Assembly: GCF_018350175.1 (NCBI RefSeq) | Contig: NC_058373.1 | Coordinates: 104,162,001-104,226,000 of the forward strand | Direction of reading: 5' to 3' | Source of the DNA: Felis catus | Taxonomy: Eukaryota | DNA length: 64,000 bases | In this document: one piece after another, positions 1-14,195 of the stretch | Layout of the letters: each line of letters starts with the position of its first letter | Position numbering within the stretch: position 1 is the first letter of the stretch | Translations under genes and position numbers: made by a program | The notes under the pieces: generated by a model | What the model saw: only the letters and a program-made list of their open reading frames with translations | What the model was told of the DNA's origin: nothing | Databases searched by the model: none

Positions 1-678
1 TTTTCTTTTATAGGCTTGATTCAAATACCTGCCTATGATTTCCAGCATTTGTCTGGAATAAGGGGCCCCAACTTATTAAGCATGGTAAATGCTGTGGCAA
101 TGGACCCCAGGTCTTTCTGTAAGGAGAACAATTAAAGCTGACTGTCACTTTCTGGACAATTCTCATAGAGTGGCAATTTGGTAGGATCACTGAGAAAGTA
201 GGATCTGTTTCTCAGCTTTGTGGGCTCTAAACCACAGTTTTATTATTGTGCCTGAGAGTGATTCAGCTTCAAGAGGTGGCTCATACTAATTTACCCCACA
301 AGTCATAATCCCAATGGACTCATTTTTATTGAGATATTTGATTGCTAAATGGACTACTCCCATTGTCCAGGCTATCCTTTAACTTAGAAAATTAAATTAA
401 GATCAAGGGCTTCGTTAGTGAGAATAAAGGTAGAGCAAAAATATATAACAAAGCAGTGCCTCCATAAAGTACTTCCTGAGATTCCATCTGGAAATTCTAG
501 AAAATATTTAGCCATACCCACTGCCTCGTTTTCTCCTTGCCTTTGAAGTAGAGATGTGCTTTCTGGAAATCAGACTTTGGGAGGGGCAGAAGGATCAGTC
601 CAAGAGGACACTGTTGTTGAGGGATATTGCCAAAGACAATCAGTTACCTGATGTCTGATGTAGTCTCTCCAACCAGAC

Positions 679-899
679 CAGTGGTTCTCAAACTCTTCTG
701 CACATTAGAATCACTTGGGAGCTTTAAAAAATTCCTGCTACCTAAGGCACACTCCAGACCAATTAGGTCAGTATCTGTGGGGTGGGAACCCAGGACATCA
801 ACATAATGCGGGTTCTAAATATATTTTAGAAATGTGTCTCCAGTGAACTCAGGTTATATTTTCAAGCTCCCCCAGAAAAGCCAAGTTTGTGAACCACTG
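679..899. mobile_element. MER5A-like hAT-Charlie MITE
   Basis: TIRs cagtggttctcaaact / agtttgtgaaccactg, internal cattagaatcacttgggagcttt. Confidence 0.8.
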
Positions 900-1440
900 A
901 ACTAGGTTAAACTATTAGCATATCCACAGATTCCCTTCTTCCTTAGACAAGGCTGGAAATAACCCCCTACTTCCTTTTTCTGTCTGCCGTCCTGTTTAGG
1001 AGAGTTCAGGGTAAGGGAAGTATATATTTATATGGCAGACACTGAAGAGGCCTTTATATATTTTGTCTCATCAGTTCTGAATGTAAGCTCCACATTCTAA
1101 TCCACAGGGCTGAGCTTCCTAAAAACACATTATGTCCACCACAACCCTCAAAACCAAGGCTGAGAGAATCACTGAGCCACATAGATCCCTTCGGTCTTTT
1201 GGCACTTATCATAATAATATCAGTTGTTATATAAGCCAGATTATGGAGGGTCCCATCCGGACAGACACCTGGTAACAATATAACAGAAGTGTTAAAAATA
1301 TCACAGAATATATTGCCAGTGAACTCGGGTTTGCATACATACCTCCTAAGATGAAGGGCAAAATGTAACATGGTTCCATTTCTACTGAAGTAGAAGACCT
1401 TCCATCCAGAAGAAATTAAAATGGAGAAAAGGAGAGGAAA

Positions 1441-1500
1441 AGAGGGGAGGAGAGGAGAGGAGAGGAGAGGAGAGGAGAGGAGAGGAGAGGAGAGGAGAGA
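1441..1500 (+). repeat. (GAGAG)n pentanucleotide repeat in a polypurine tract
   Basis: About 10 gagag units, followed by an A/G-rich tract to about 1550. Confidence 0.95.
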
Positions 1501-1699
1501 AAACAGAAAGGAAAAGAAAAAAGAATGAAAAGAAAGGAACAGAAAGAAAAGCATTCTTGCCAGCGTCGACCCACATCACTAAACAAATGTTCAACAAGTA
1601 TTTTCGACACCCACAGTGCCCACAAATGTCAATTCAGCCCTAATGTCATGTCAGATTTTCACTGATGCCGTTTGGGTTGGTTGTTTCCACGTAGACTGT

Positions 1700-2480
1700 A
1701 TGATAAAATAATGATGCCAATAGCACTACCATTTACTGAGCTCTTACTACACTTCTGGTGCTAAATCTTACTATAACTTGCTTCTTACTAAAACTCTTCC
1801 TACGTAGGCAAAGTCCCACGTAGGCAAAGTAGCGTTCATTGATTCATTCATTCACTCAACAAGTATCGACTGCCCGTTGCAGAAAAAGGCGGTATCTGAT
1901 AATAGGAAGTACACAGGCTTTGGAATAATACAGCTTGAACTTGAGTTCCCGCCCTGTGAGCTGCAGGTTGTATGCCTTTGGACAAGCGATTCACTCCTTC
2001 TAATCAGAGTTTCCTCCCATGTATAATAGGATAATGACGTCACCATAATGAGTAACTCATTAAAATACTGAACGTAATGTCTGCTAACTCTTCACAAAGA
2101 GTAATAAGCATCAGAGACTTATTGCTACTATGTGTACGAACTGTGCTGCTAGACTAGGTGCGAGACACCTTTATCTCACGAGCAAATTCACCCATCCATT
2201 TGTTTATTCATCTATTTAGTAATTCAGTCAGTCAACAAATCATTTTTTAATGCTGTGCTAGGCTGTGGGAGCTCACAGGAAAGGGAAACAGACAATAAGT
2301 AAATAGTGATGAGAGCTGCATCAGAGGTGTGTATGTGAAGCACCCTAGCCGTGCAGAGGGAGGGGCCAGCGACCTTGCCCAGGGCAGCAGGCAACGGTTC
2401 ATGGCACAGGAGACCTCAGAACAGCATCTCAAAGGAAATGTGCAGCCAGTGATGTGTGGGTGGGAGGTAGGGAGGGGAAG
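1700..2480. mobile_element. Cluster of MIR and L2 fragments
   Basis: MIR core (ggacaagcgattcactcc...gtttcctc) at about 1910-2110; L2 3' ends (cattcattcactcaacaag; tcagtcaacaaat) at about 1840 and about 2200-2480. Confidence 0.6.
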
Positions 2481-4777
2481 AGGATGCCAGGCAGAGGGAA
2501 AGCAGTGTGACAAGATAGGTTTCTGGGACGATAGCCATCGATCGCTGACCAGAGAGAAAGAGCCTTGACTTTTCCCTGGATATGGCATTCTGAGGAGTTG
2601 AGATCTGATTTTTGACCCTGTAGACTTAGGTTTACCTGCCACACTTCTCAGAAAATCCTCATTAAGCTTCGATGAGTTACCTATGCAATTCTTAGGAATA
2701 CATTGAGCAAAGCTGTAGGCAAGTAGTGTTTTCATTGTGCAGTCGCTCAATCATTCACTGGCAAGAACCCCCAAGACCAAGGGCAAAAAGGAAATTTGGG
2801 TTTAATAACTGTTTGCAATGGATATTCCAATATGATTTTCATAGAATTTTCTATCACTTGGATTTATTTTGTTAGACTTGAAATATCAAACACATGATTC
2901 TGCAGCAAAAACAGGCTTTTGAAATGTTAACAAAAAGAGGTATTATCAACATTCACTTATTAGGTTAGAATATATTCTAAACACAAAGGAGCCCGTCACC
3001 GGGGTTTCTATGGGAAGAAAGCTCTGCTGATAACAGCTACAAAGCGCAGACCAGACCTGTAGCACGTTGTTGCTCGCCCCCACTCCAGAGGCTGCCAGGC
3101 ACCCTTTCTGAATTCTGCATGCTCCCAGCAGCCAGGATGTCTCCTGGGAAGTATATTTTAGCCCTTAAATCTGGATCTTTGCAACTCACTAAGGAAAAAA
3201 AAAGAAAGAAGACTATACATGATAGTGATTGCCTCTGAAAACCGGGATTGAGGGCCAGATTTATTTTCTTTTTAAACTTTTCTGTGTTTTCCGATTTTTT
3301 GGGTAATGAATGGGCTTATTTCTTAAAAATTTTCCCCAAGTCATAATTAAAGACATCATAGCGGGAACACAGGTTAAACACCAAATCACTTGGGCTTCAT
3401 ACACAATTCTCTGTCACTTCTTATAAGCCCATCTTGTTTTGTTTAAGGCAACTGTGACAGAGACCTTAAAGCTGGTACTTAAGGGCCTTAATGAAAATTA
3501 CTCTATTGTTGCTGTTGTAAAATTCGTCTTTCATTCTTGTGCATCTTCTTTTCTTAGTTATATTTTGTTTTGGAGTTTATAATTTAATTAATTAGATTTT
3601 GATAATGTGTGTTCTTAAATCAGTTTATTATCACAACCGATAAAACAATAGGAATTCAATAGCTGAAATTGATCCATTCCTTACAAAGGCTTTACTGGAA
3701 ACCTTTACACAGGAGCAGGAGGCTTGGAGGTAACTTACTAGAATTTCTCCCAAGAACTTACAGCAAACTGCACGAAGTCAATAGTGATAACGTTTGAATC
3801 ACTTGTAAATACCAATGGCTAATATTATATTTTAAAAATCAAATCAGGATTACTATAATCTTACAGACTGCTTCTTTGCTCAAGAAATTAAATTACAAGG
3901 GAAAAACGTCATCTCCTGGTCATAGTCTTACACAGCAAGAAACATTTTAATTGTAAATGTGCCTTTTAGAGCCTTTAAATTTCAAAAAGATGAGGAGGAG
4001 GACGGATCCTGTGTACTTACTAATCTGTAAATAGAGTACCAGGCCAGGAATCAATTCTGAAATGCGGCATCAATTGCACAGGCTTCCACTTAGTTTTAGT
4101 TGAATAAAAGCCCTACTAGATACGCAAATAACATCAAACTTGCCAGATTAAAGAGAGGCCCCTCGTACTCTAAATCATGATTGTCAATCATCACCCAGGA
4201 TTAAGGGATATATTTTAAAAACCTAAAAGCAAGCGCTTCCTTTTAACTTCTGCCTACTGCACATTTTGGATTATCGCCCAGAAATAGTATTACTTGAAAC
4301 AAGACTGCCTCCCTCCTACCATCTATGAGAAGTGCATTGTTACCATCTGCTGTTGTCTATTTGGAATAAACCTCAGCAAGGCAGGCAGCTTAATGTGCAG
4401 AGCCCTTCAGCAGCCTGTGCTTGTGTTTAGAATGCAGCTTCACATTTAAATGGAGCTGATTTTCAGTGTAGTCAGTACTTTCTCAACACCCCTATCCTCC
4501 CCACCAGAAAGAAGCAAATTAGGCCAAGAACTAAGACTACCACAACATATTTACATTGTAAAGTGGAAACTTTAAACCCTGCAGTGACCAGTGAAGCTTT
4601 ACTTGTAAACTCTCCAGGTTTATTCAGGTGAATAATTTTCCCATTTTGTATTTTCTCATTAGCCTCACCTGCTCCAGACATTCATATTGCTTTCACTGTA
4701 GAAAATATTCTTTTAAAAGGCATGTGTGCTTAATGAATAACCACACCAAAGATGTAATCATCAAAGGTCTTAGATCG

Positions 4778-4836
4778 ATCTATCTATATCTATATCTATA
4801 TCTATATCTATATCTACATCATCTATATCTATATAT
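4778..4836 (+). repeat. (TATATC)n microsatellite
   Basis: Direct reading. Confidence 0.9.
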
Positions 4837-6813
4837 ACATATAATAGGGAAGATTTAAAAAGAATTGTAATAGGTCTAAAAAAACCAACAGATTCTGAGA
4901 ATGTGTATGAAACAGAAGTGCAAATAATCTCTCTAAAAGAAATACACAAGACACTAATAGCAGTTTTCTTCAATTAGGGGTGGGGAAAGGCTGATAGAGG
5001 GGGAAAGACATTTATTTGTCTATATTTTTTTGTGCTTTTTATTTTTAATATGTCACTGTATTAAAAATTTTTTATTAATAGGCTATTTAAAATGGTGAGA
5101 AGACAAAATATATATACAGTTTCTTTAAATGTAAAACGAAGTCACATTCCAGGCCTAATCTTACCAAAAAAATAACCTTTTAATAAGATTATTAAAACAA
5201 AGTGTTAATTTATGAAAAGTTCAGCGCGCTATTAAATTGCCAACAAAACACTGAATTACAACCCAACAGGTTGCTTCATTGAATTCATTCATGTACTCCT
5301 GGCAAAGACATTCCAAATGTGAACTTAATTAATATTCCTTCTCCTGGTTTCCATAGTTTCTTTTTAAACATGAGTACCAGCAGAAACTGGCAGTAACTTT
5401 ACCCATATTCTCAATAATAACCCCCTCTGGCTGTCAATATGTATGAAAAGGAAAAATTTTTTTCATACCCACAAGAGCCTCCATTTTCATGCCTTTTGTT
5501 TAAAAATAGGCTGGTAACAGTTCTTTCTCCCTCTTTCTTATTTTGTGTATGCAGTTTGACATACACAACTCTTACCCCGCCTGCGATTCACACAATGCTC
5601 AGCTGAAAAACGAATGCTAAGTGTGGTGTTACCATTCTGGATCCAGACAACAGCCTCCCATCCTGCCTTCCCATGGCTGCAAATTGCGGTGGCCTGTGAA
5701 ACTGGGGCCTGACAGTTAAGTGTCCTGATAGAAACCACTATCATGGCTTGACATTTATCTGGGTGCAGAAGAGGCTTTTGTTCCTATTCTCACTCCCGAA
5801 TGAAGACTGCCTTGGCCACTGTAAACAAAGAAATATGAATTGGTAAGAAATTATACCAATACGAGTAGATGGCATATGTCCATTAAAGTGGTTCATTTGG
5901 ACACAACTGATTCACTATACTCCACAATTTCTTAATGGCTAGGTATTCCCCTATAGCCCAAAGCAGAAAGAAGCATTCTCAGACCCGTCTTAGACCTCCT
6001 CCTCTCTGTGCCTCATCTTCTCTTGGATCCATGCTCGTCCTGGCTGGGCTGATTGCCTTCTGAGAATCCCAGTGTCTCCAGGAGTATGCTGCTGGGCTGG
6101 AGCAGTCTATGAGTACCTCTGTGTCCACTTAATTTTAGTCTAGAATATCTACCTCTTTCTGCCCTGATGCTATCTTTCAGATTTTGCTCTCATTTTACAT
6201 CTGGCCGTTCCATCTCTGTGTAGTTGCGTGTTCTACACTGCTGGTGAAGATACTTCTGCTGATTCAATACGTCTGCTGTGGTTTACAATAAGACCTACAG
6301 CCTTATTGATCTGGGATGAGCTCCATTTCACCGGGTTGGCGCACATCAAGCCTGGACCACACATCACATCAGCCCCTATGGTTCCTGCTTTTGCTGCTCT
6401 TTGCATTCAGTCCTCATTGGCCATTGGTGTCAGCGATGCATGTGTAGACCCCACCCAAAAGGCCATGGGGCCATTGACCTCTCTGGCTATTTCTCTTTGG
6501 TCTTGCTGACAGCCATGGCTATCCCAACAAGTAACCACAGAGCAGTCTGTTCTCATGGCCAATATAGACTTTGTCTTGTCCACGACTACTCTAACTTTCA
6601 CACTTACTGATCTCTCTGTTTTCCCCTGAAAGGGATTATTTATCTAACTCCAACAAGTTTGATAACAAACTTGCAAGCAAAGGACAACTAGGAATACAAT
6701 GTGCCAGGAAACACGTTTCTAGTTGTATGTTTCTCCAAATATTTTCTCTCTTCTCCTATGATTATAAGTAAAAGGACAAAATACAGGAATTTTTTAAAAA
6801 GTTTATTTACTTA

Positions 6814-7027
6814 GGGGTGCCTGGGTGGCTCAGTCGGTTAAGCGGCCGACTTCAGCTCAGGTCATGATCTCGCGGTCTGTGAGTTCGAGCCCAGCATCGG
6901 GCTCTGTGCTGACAGCTCAGAGACTGGAGCCTGCTTCGGATTCTGTGTCTCATTCTCTCTCTGTCCCTTCCCCACTTGTGCTCTGTCTCTGTCTCTCAAA
7001 AATAAATAAATGTAAAAAAAATTTTTT
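6814..7027 (+). mobile_element. Felid CanSINE inserted in the tail of an older antisense SINE (about 7045-7138)
   Basis: A/B box head, (CT)n, A tail; TSD aaagtttatttactta. Confidence 0.92.
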
Positions 7028-7503
7028 TAAAGTTTATTTACTTATTTAAATAATCTCTATTACCCAACATGGGGCTCAAACTTACAGCCCCAAGGTCAAG
7101 AGTTACAAGTGGCCCCAACTGAGCCAGCCAGGTGCCCCCAAATGCTGGATTTTAATACAAAAAAAGATGTGCCTTGCATTGAAACTGCTGTTCTCCCAGA
7201 AAAGTCCTGTGAATAAATTCCAATACAATTTAAATTAAATAAATTAAAAAGAAATGTGCTGACCTTAAACAGAAAATACCTATGTAATATCACTGAAGGA
7301 CATAAAACCAGATAGAAAATCATACCATCTTCTTGAATGGAAAGAGCTTAATATTTTAAAAATATCAATTGTCCCTAAATTAATATGCCTATGTACTACA
7401 CTTTCAAGTAGAACCTCAACAGACAAAAATTGTGCATATCCCCTCTGCTTATACACATAACTCCCTTGTTCCATCAGACTTCACTTAAAGAACATTAAGT
7501 TCA

Positions 7504-7694
7504 GGGGCACGTGGGTGGCTCATTGGGTTAAGTATCTGACTTCGGCTCAGGTCATGATCTTATGGTTCATGAGTTTGAACCTCGTGTGGGGCTCTGTGCT
7601 GACAGCTCCGGGCCTGGAGCCCGCTTCAGGTTCTGTGTCTCCCTCTCTCTCTGCCTCTCCCCTGTTCATGCTCTTTCAAAACTAAATAAACATT

Positions 7695-7740
<46 letters not shown>
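7504..7740 (+). mobile_element. CanSINE with (CA)n tail
   Basis: ggggcacgtgggtggctca head; about 22 CA units at 7697-7740. Confidence 0.9.
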
Positions 7741-7745
<5 letters not shown>

Positions 7746-7895
7746 TTCAAATACAAAATTAAGAATTTCAGGATGTCATTAGAACGTCAAACCAAGTTCA
7801 GTCCCTTCTGAGCATGGGCCACATGCAATTGCAGATTGCACTCATATGAAGCTGACCCTGCCATCCTGACGTCCATATTTAAAATGGAAATTCTT

Positions 7896-8132
7896 GGGGC
7901 GCCTGGGTGGCGCAGTTGGTTAAGCGTCCGACTTCAGCCAGGTCACGATCTCGCGGTCCGGTCCGTGAGTTCGAGCCCCACGTCAGGCTCTGGGCTGATG
8001 GCTCAGAGCTTGGAGCCTGTTTCCGATTCTGTGTCTCCCTCTCTCTCTGCCCCTCCCCCGTTCATGCTCTGTCTCTCTCTGTCCCAAAAATAAATAAACG
8101 TTGAAAAAAAAATTAAAAATAAATAAATAAAT
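7896..8132 (+). mobile_element. Young felid SINE
   Basis: CpG-rich consensus-like copy; TSD aaaatggaaattctt. Confidence 0.95.
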
Positions 8133-9150
8133 AAAATGGAAATTCTTCCCTGCCAAGTTTTTTTCTCTATACTGTGATCAATTTTTTCCCCAAAGCACTC
8201 ATCACCTTCTAATATATTGTAGAATTTACTTATTTATTATAATGATTGGCTTCTGCTGCTGGAATGTAAGCTCAACAATATTTGGGGTTTTGTCCACTGA
8301 TGTATCCCATGTGCTTAGAACCCTGCATATAGTAGGCGCTCGGTAAATAGTTATTGAGTTGAATGATAAATCCTCAGTGCTAATAGGGTCTCCATCCTAG
8401 ACTAATAAAACTCTATGAGGTAGTTTGTGATGATTCCTCACTAGAAATGTGCTTTGGTAACTTGTGAACTTTGGGCATCCTTCCACAAAGAGCAAAGGAG
8501 ACACTGGAACCTCTCCACTCACACACTTGTATTGCTGCTTATTTGCAGATTGGTTAATTGGGTAAAAGCATCCTTAAAATGGGCCCAAGTTGTCTTTACT
8601 GCCCATCTTTGAATCTGGACAAGGCTCTGGGTGTGGCCTAGCCCAATATTTAGGCAGCATTATCAACAATGAATTTTTACCCTCTGGCTTTTTAAAATAA
8701 GAAAGGCAAGGCTCCTTCTCTAAACTCTTCATGTTGGTTTAGGTAATTCCAACCTCTGCTTATGCTATGAAGGACCATATGAATGTTCAATCTGCTGTGT
8801 ATTGAAGGGTGAAAAATATGGATTTTTTTAAGGGTAAGAACAAGTTTTAAAAGTAACATCAATCAAAATCCATGGCTTTGACTATTAACAGAGTTGAGGT
8901 CAGAGCAGAATTGCTGGGAATTTTCACTTTTCCAATGTTTTGGTTCATTGGTTTTGTAAATGATCTAGCTTTTGGGGGTTGCTGGATAGTTTGGATTCCT
9001 GGTAGAAGGTAAATCCATTATAATCCGAGATGTACCCTTTGTTTGGGGGAAATTATCTAGGATAAACTCTTCACCAGTTGATCTTGAAGAAACCTCTGAA
9101 GTCATCAGAAATCTAAATCTGGATGTTATAATCTGAGGGACTGTTTTTCT

Positions 9151-9392
9151 TCTTTTTTTTTTTTTTTATTTAAAAAAAATTTTTTTTTTCAACGTTTATT
9201 TATTTTTGGGACAGAGAGAGACAGAGCATGAACGGGGGAGGGGCAGAGAGAGAGGGAGACACAGAATCGGAAACAGGCTCCAGGCTCTGAGCCATCAGCC
9301 CAGAGCCTGACGCGGGGCTCGAACTCACGGACCGCGAGATCGTGACCTGGCTGAAATCGGACGCTTAACCGACTGCGCCACCCAGGCGCCCC
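9151..9392 (-). mobile_element. Young felid SINE
   Basis: TSD tgagggactgtttttct; long poly-T. Confidence 0.95.
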
Positions 9393-10779
9393 TGAGGGAC
9401 TGTTTTTCTAAGAAATGTGACATCGTAGAATTAACAGTATGGGCTCCAATGTCTCACTATGTTTCATTCCTGCTCTACTTCCCCTACCTGGGTAAATTTG
9501 CACTGGGTTTGCCTTGACCCTTTCATCTACGAAATTATGACAACAGTATCTATTCACGGAGTTTTTGTGTAGATTGAATGCAAACTCATTAAAATAACAT
9601 TTGGTACAAAGTAATGCTCCATGAGTGTTAGCTATCATTAGTTCTGTTTAGCAACTGAACGTGGTTGGTGTTGGCTGTGCTGGGCTCCTGAAACATTGGA
9701 GAAATACTTCCCTATATGTAGATTTAGATAGAGGGTTCTCAGTGCTCCTGTGTGGCTATTTAAAATGAACTAACTTGGGCTTTGAGAAATCCACTCTACT
9801 GTAACTGACCTTCTACTCCCTCTCTCAATCATTTTAAAGCAGAAAAATGAAGGGGCCTTGGAATTAGCAGTGTGGAAGTGGGACAAAAAGAGCCTCTTTG
9901 GGTCTGGATTTGGAGCATGAAAGTTCTTGGAGAGTTTCTTGATGGGAGTTAAATTGCCCTCAACATCTGGGAGCCTGATAGAAACTCCACAGGGTCCGAT
10001 ATTGAATTGGGGGCTCATGAACCTGAGAAAAATCACTGCCGATGGCAAAGTAAATCACTTTTGGAGCTGTTCTTTGGTTATCCCCCAAGCATGCAGTAAA
10101 GCTTTACTAACATAACTTTAGGTCTGGGGGGAATGCAAGGTGTTAAACTGGAATTGTTAGAACTTCAATATTTTTAAAAAATTGACCTTTTGTGGACCAA
10201 GCCAGTAAAGCAGTGCCCTACACTATACATTTCTGGTTATACTACACTGTATATTTCTGTCATGTTTGGAGTACTTATAGTATATATACATCATTTTAGA
10301 AATGAGAAAAGAGAAAAATTATTATATATACCTGTCTTAATCAATCTACAAAGGGATTACTATAGTAGGCCTATCTTTTGAGGTCAGGTGACATTCATTA
10401 TTAAACATGTAAGTGATCCAACCATAGGAAGTCATCTACATACTTCCCAATTTAAACTTTCTAAAGGATTGCCTTCAGTGGGGAGGAAGGGGGACAGGTG
10501 TCATCCCATTTAATTCTACCCAATATATCTATACACTAAAATACTAAATATTTTTGTTTTGTTTTGTTTTGTTTTGCCTAAAGTAAAAACCAAACTCAAC
10601 AACTATACAACCATCAAATAATATATTCAAATTTCAAAACCATTCTCCTATGTTTCAAAGCCAATGGATTTTTTTCCCTGCCACAACTTCTAGTATATCT
10701 GAAAAAATGCAGACGATTGAAAACTTTAAATTTTTTATATGACCTTAACCAAGTTCTCCTGGTGCAAGAAGATATTCTT

Positions 10780-11910
10780 CCGGCATGCTTGGACTCTCCT
10801 CCACACCTACTTTTGCTAATGTATACAACATTATACATTATTGTGTAAATTAACAATGTTCGCATTCACCAAGATAGGTAAGCTAAAAATCTTGTAATCA
10901 TCTTTGATTCTCTTCCTTGCCCTCCACATCCAATAAGCAACAATAAATAGGTTCTATTAGTTTAATCTTCCAAGGGTTTTCTGAATCCATCGCATCCTCT
11001 TCATTCCTGTGCTACGCTGTTCAGGCTTTCCCCATCCAGACTAATGCAGCAGCCTTGCTTCTGCTCTCTTCTCCCCTCTGAACCACTGCATGCATTCCTG
11101 TCATCCTTTTAGAGCTGTTCATGTCATTCACCTAATCATTAATGGTCGATTTTGTCATCTTCCTGATACAGCTGAACAATCAGCATAACATTTAAGATTC
11201 TTAATAAGCTAACCCTGACCCAAGTATTCCAACTTTACCTGCCTTTTGACAGACCACACACCCTGAGCTCTACTCACATAAGTCTTCCCATTCAGTGAAT
11301 ATACCAGTGACTCCCGCGCTAAACCCTTGCAAGTATGAGTCACTTTTACCTGGAATGCCCCTTCCCCTGCCCCGTTTCCTAAAATGTTCCTTGCCTTTTA
11401 AAGTTCGATTGAAATGTTAACTTTCTTTTGCGAAACCTTTTTAGAGGAAATAAAGTGGTTAAGGCATTGGCTCTGGGAGCTTGTGGGTACCGTTTGAATT
11501 CTGACTCTATTACTTTTTAGATATATAACCTTGGTCAAGTTATTGAACTTCTCAGTTCCCTTTGTAAAATAGGGATAATAACACCCTTGCAGTGTGAGAA
11601 TTAACTGAAATAACAAATGTACTTGTTAGCAAGCTGCTTGACTTAGTATCTATTTTAATAAATGGTCACTTTAGTAGCTTTAATGACCTGCCTCACCCCC
11701 TACCGGCCCACAAACTTAATCACCAGCTTCTCTGAGCTCTTGCAGCACCTGGTCCCATGCTACTATCACAGTACTTATTACAGATGTAATAAGTATGATT
11801 GGTTGCATACGTGCTCACACTAGGCTAGATTCTTGAGGGCAGGATCTTTTTAATTCCCTTTAACTTCTAATGCAGTACCAGTCAAAAAACAGAATTTCAA
11901 TATTCATCCG
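10780..11910 (+). mobile_element. Decayed L2 with a nested MIR (about 11445-11670)
   Basis: L2-like catctttgattctcttcc, tacctggaatgccc; MIR gtggttaagg...ttggtcaagttattgaacttctcag. Confidence 0.55.
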
Positions 11911-12799
11911 ATGAAGAATGAAGTGATCCCCCAACGGATTAGAAACCCCTTTAAAAGGCTTATAAAAATGGTGAGAATGAAAAATGATCACAAATGTTTC
12001 TCCCCACTTCACAACATTTGTAACAAGGTCACAGAATTAATAAGCAACAAAGCCAAGATTCATATCTGCTATTTGTCTGATCAAGAGCCTTAGCTCTTCA
12101 TCACAATGGTATATGGTCATTGCGTGCTGGTAGCATTAGGGGAGGATTTGGCTCTTATACATTCATTCTCAGCTGGGCTCGGAGGTGACTTCTTGAGCTA
12201 ATCTACTTCTGACATCATTATAAGCTCTTAATAGAATGCCTGCATCTTCCTATATTTAGAATTATAGAATTTTAGTAATCATAGAGACCTAACAAGGAAA
12301 CTGAGAGTTGACTAATTTGTTCATGTAGACTCCCATTTCACATTGTTTATTATAACATCTAATAAATTCATCCCAGATATCGGTTTTCTCACATAAAGTC
12401 TATCTTACTTAAATGTATTTTTATTTTGGCCTGTGAGATGACAATTGTATGATCATTTTCCCTCTGAATTTTACTAGTAAAAATACCCTATTGGTATTCA
12501 GTCATCAATGGTCAAATTTGCATTCGCAGTTTCTCTGATGTACTGTAATTAGCAACTACTCATAGTAGCAAAAGATACAGAAAAACATATGCATATGCAT
12601 GCACTTCAAATTTAATTCCTTCAAAATGTTAAGTGCCATGTTTTGGAATAAACACTTTAACCTTTCTCGATTTGGCTTTACTAATTTGCTTACAGTAAAA
12701 GAAAACACACCAAAATATAATTGTTTCTGAGTGATGAAATTATGAGTAATTTTTATTTAGAATCTTTCCATGCTTTCTGTAGTAACCATTTTTCATTCC

Positions 12800-14195
12800 C
12801 CTTTATACTAAAGCCAAAACTCTGGTAACTGAATGGGGTAAGGAAGGCTTCCTCCTGACTAGGAGAAACCCAATATGGGGTGCTGGAGCTCAAGTGGAGA
12901 AGGGTGTCACATAGGAGAGTGTATGTGTATGTAAATTTAAAAAACTTAATTATGTGCCTGTATATACACACATAAAGCCCCATAGCACTGTCCCCTGAGA
13001 AGCAGCAGTAACAATGACACCTCAGTCATGATAAGCACAGCTCACGCACAAATCATGGCTTCTAAATACCAATTCCCACCAAATGGTAGAGAAATAGCTG
13101 ATTCTAAGGCTGGGGCAAAGGCAGTACAAGAAGAGTTTGGAAAACTTGTGTGCCTAAAAGTAAGAAAGTGCTTTAAAAATGATGGCAACATATCAAAAGG
13201 GCATAGGAGCCAATGTGAAAGGGCTCACAGTGTCCAAACATAGGACAATTTGAGATGCAAAATAAGTAACAGATTATAACCTATTGACTAGACAACCATG
13301 GGTGTGCCTGGATGGCTGAGATGGTTGAGCATCCGACTTCGCCTCAGGTTGTGATCTTGCAGTTCAGGAGTTTGAGCTCCGCATAGGGCTCGCTGCTGTC
13401 AGCCTGTCAGCATAGAGCCTGCTTTGGATCCTCTGTTCCTCCCTCCCTCTCTGCCCCTCCCCTGCTCATGCTCTCTCAAAAGATAAATAAAACATTTAAA
13501 AAAGAAAACAGAAAACCATGGATTCACACTGACATTAATAAAGTGAAGATTTGATTAGGTGCAGGATATATACATAGCTTCAACTATTTTCCCAAAAAAT
13601 ATTTACAAAGAAAAACCCAGTAACTTGACAGTGGAAAAGCATGATAGGTAAGCAAGAGATCAAAATCAAAATGAACATCATCAGAAATGGGGCAAAATGA
13701 AATTGTGCACTATCTGACAGAATTGGTTCAGTAATATTCCTGCAAAAGAAATGCAACTAGAATCTAATCACAAGGAAACAGATAAATCCAAATTTAGGGA
13801 CATTTTACAAAATAATTGGCCCGTAATCTATGTAAGTCGAGGGTAGCAAAAGTCAAGGAAAGATGGAGGAACTGCTCCAGAGCCAAAGAAATGAGAGATT
13901 CTGCAACGTTAAGACAACGTGTGACTTTGAACTGGATCTTTATAAAACATCACTGGGACAATTAGTGAAAATCGGGCAAGGTCTGAGGAAGTAATACACC
14001 AGTGCTAATTTCTGCTAATTTCCTTATTTTGATGGTTGTATTGTGGTTATATGGAAGAATTCTTTCTTTTTGGAAACGTAAAAGTACTGGAGGGTGATGG
14101 GGCACCATGACAGCAGCTTACTCTCAAAGCAGAAACATTTTATTTGTACAGTATTTACAACCTTTCTGTAAGTTTGAGATTGTTTCAAAATTTTT
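12800..14195 (+). mobile_element. Old L1 3' end (L1MC/L1MD-like) interrupted by a CanSINE at about 13300-13505
   Basis: Typical 3' end ttgatggttgtattgtggttat...ttttctgtaagtttgagattgtttcaaaa. Confidence 0.65.

Noticed and set aside
1054..1625. ORFs of 69-166 aa with LSSP repeats
   Set aside because: Translations of the (GAGAG)n microsatellite and polypurine tract.
1802..1830. Repeated acgtaggcaaagt
   Set aside because: An ordinary two-copy micro-duplication; not an array.
2247..2750. 167-aa minus-strand ORF
   Set aside because: Overlaps an L2 remnant, starts at a non-ATG codon and resembles no protein I recognise.
5540..6610. Somewhat GC-richer block with overlapping short ORFs
   Set aside because: No recognisable protein, splice structure or repeat family. 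It may be an old LTR fragment, but I cannot support that.
6825..7049. Recurrent [20 protein letters not shown] ORFs, suggesting a peptide family or tRNA genes
   Set aside because: These are CanSINE translations; the tRNA-like heads are SINE A/B boxes.
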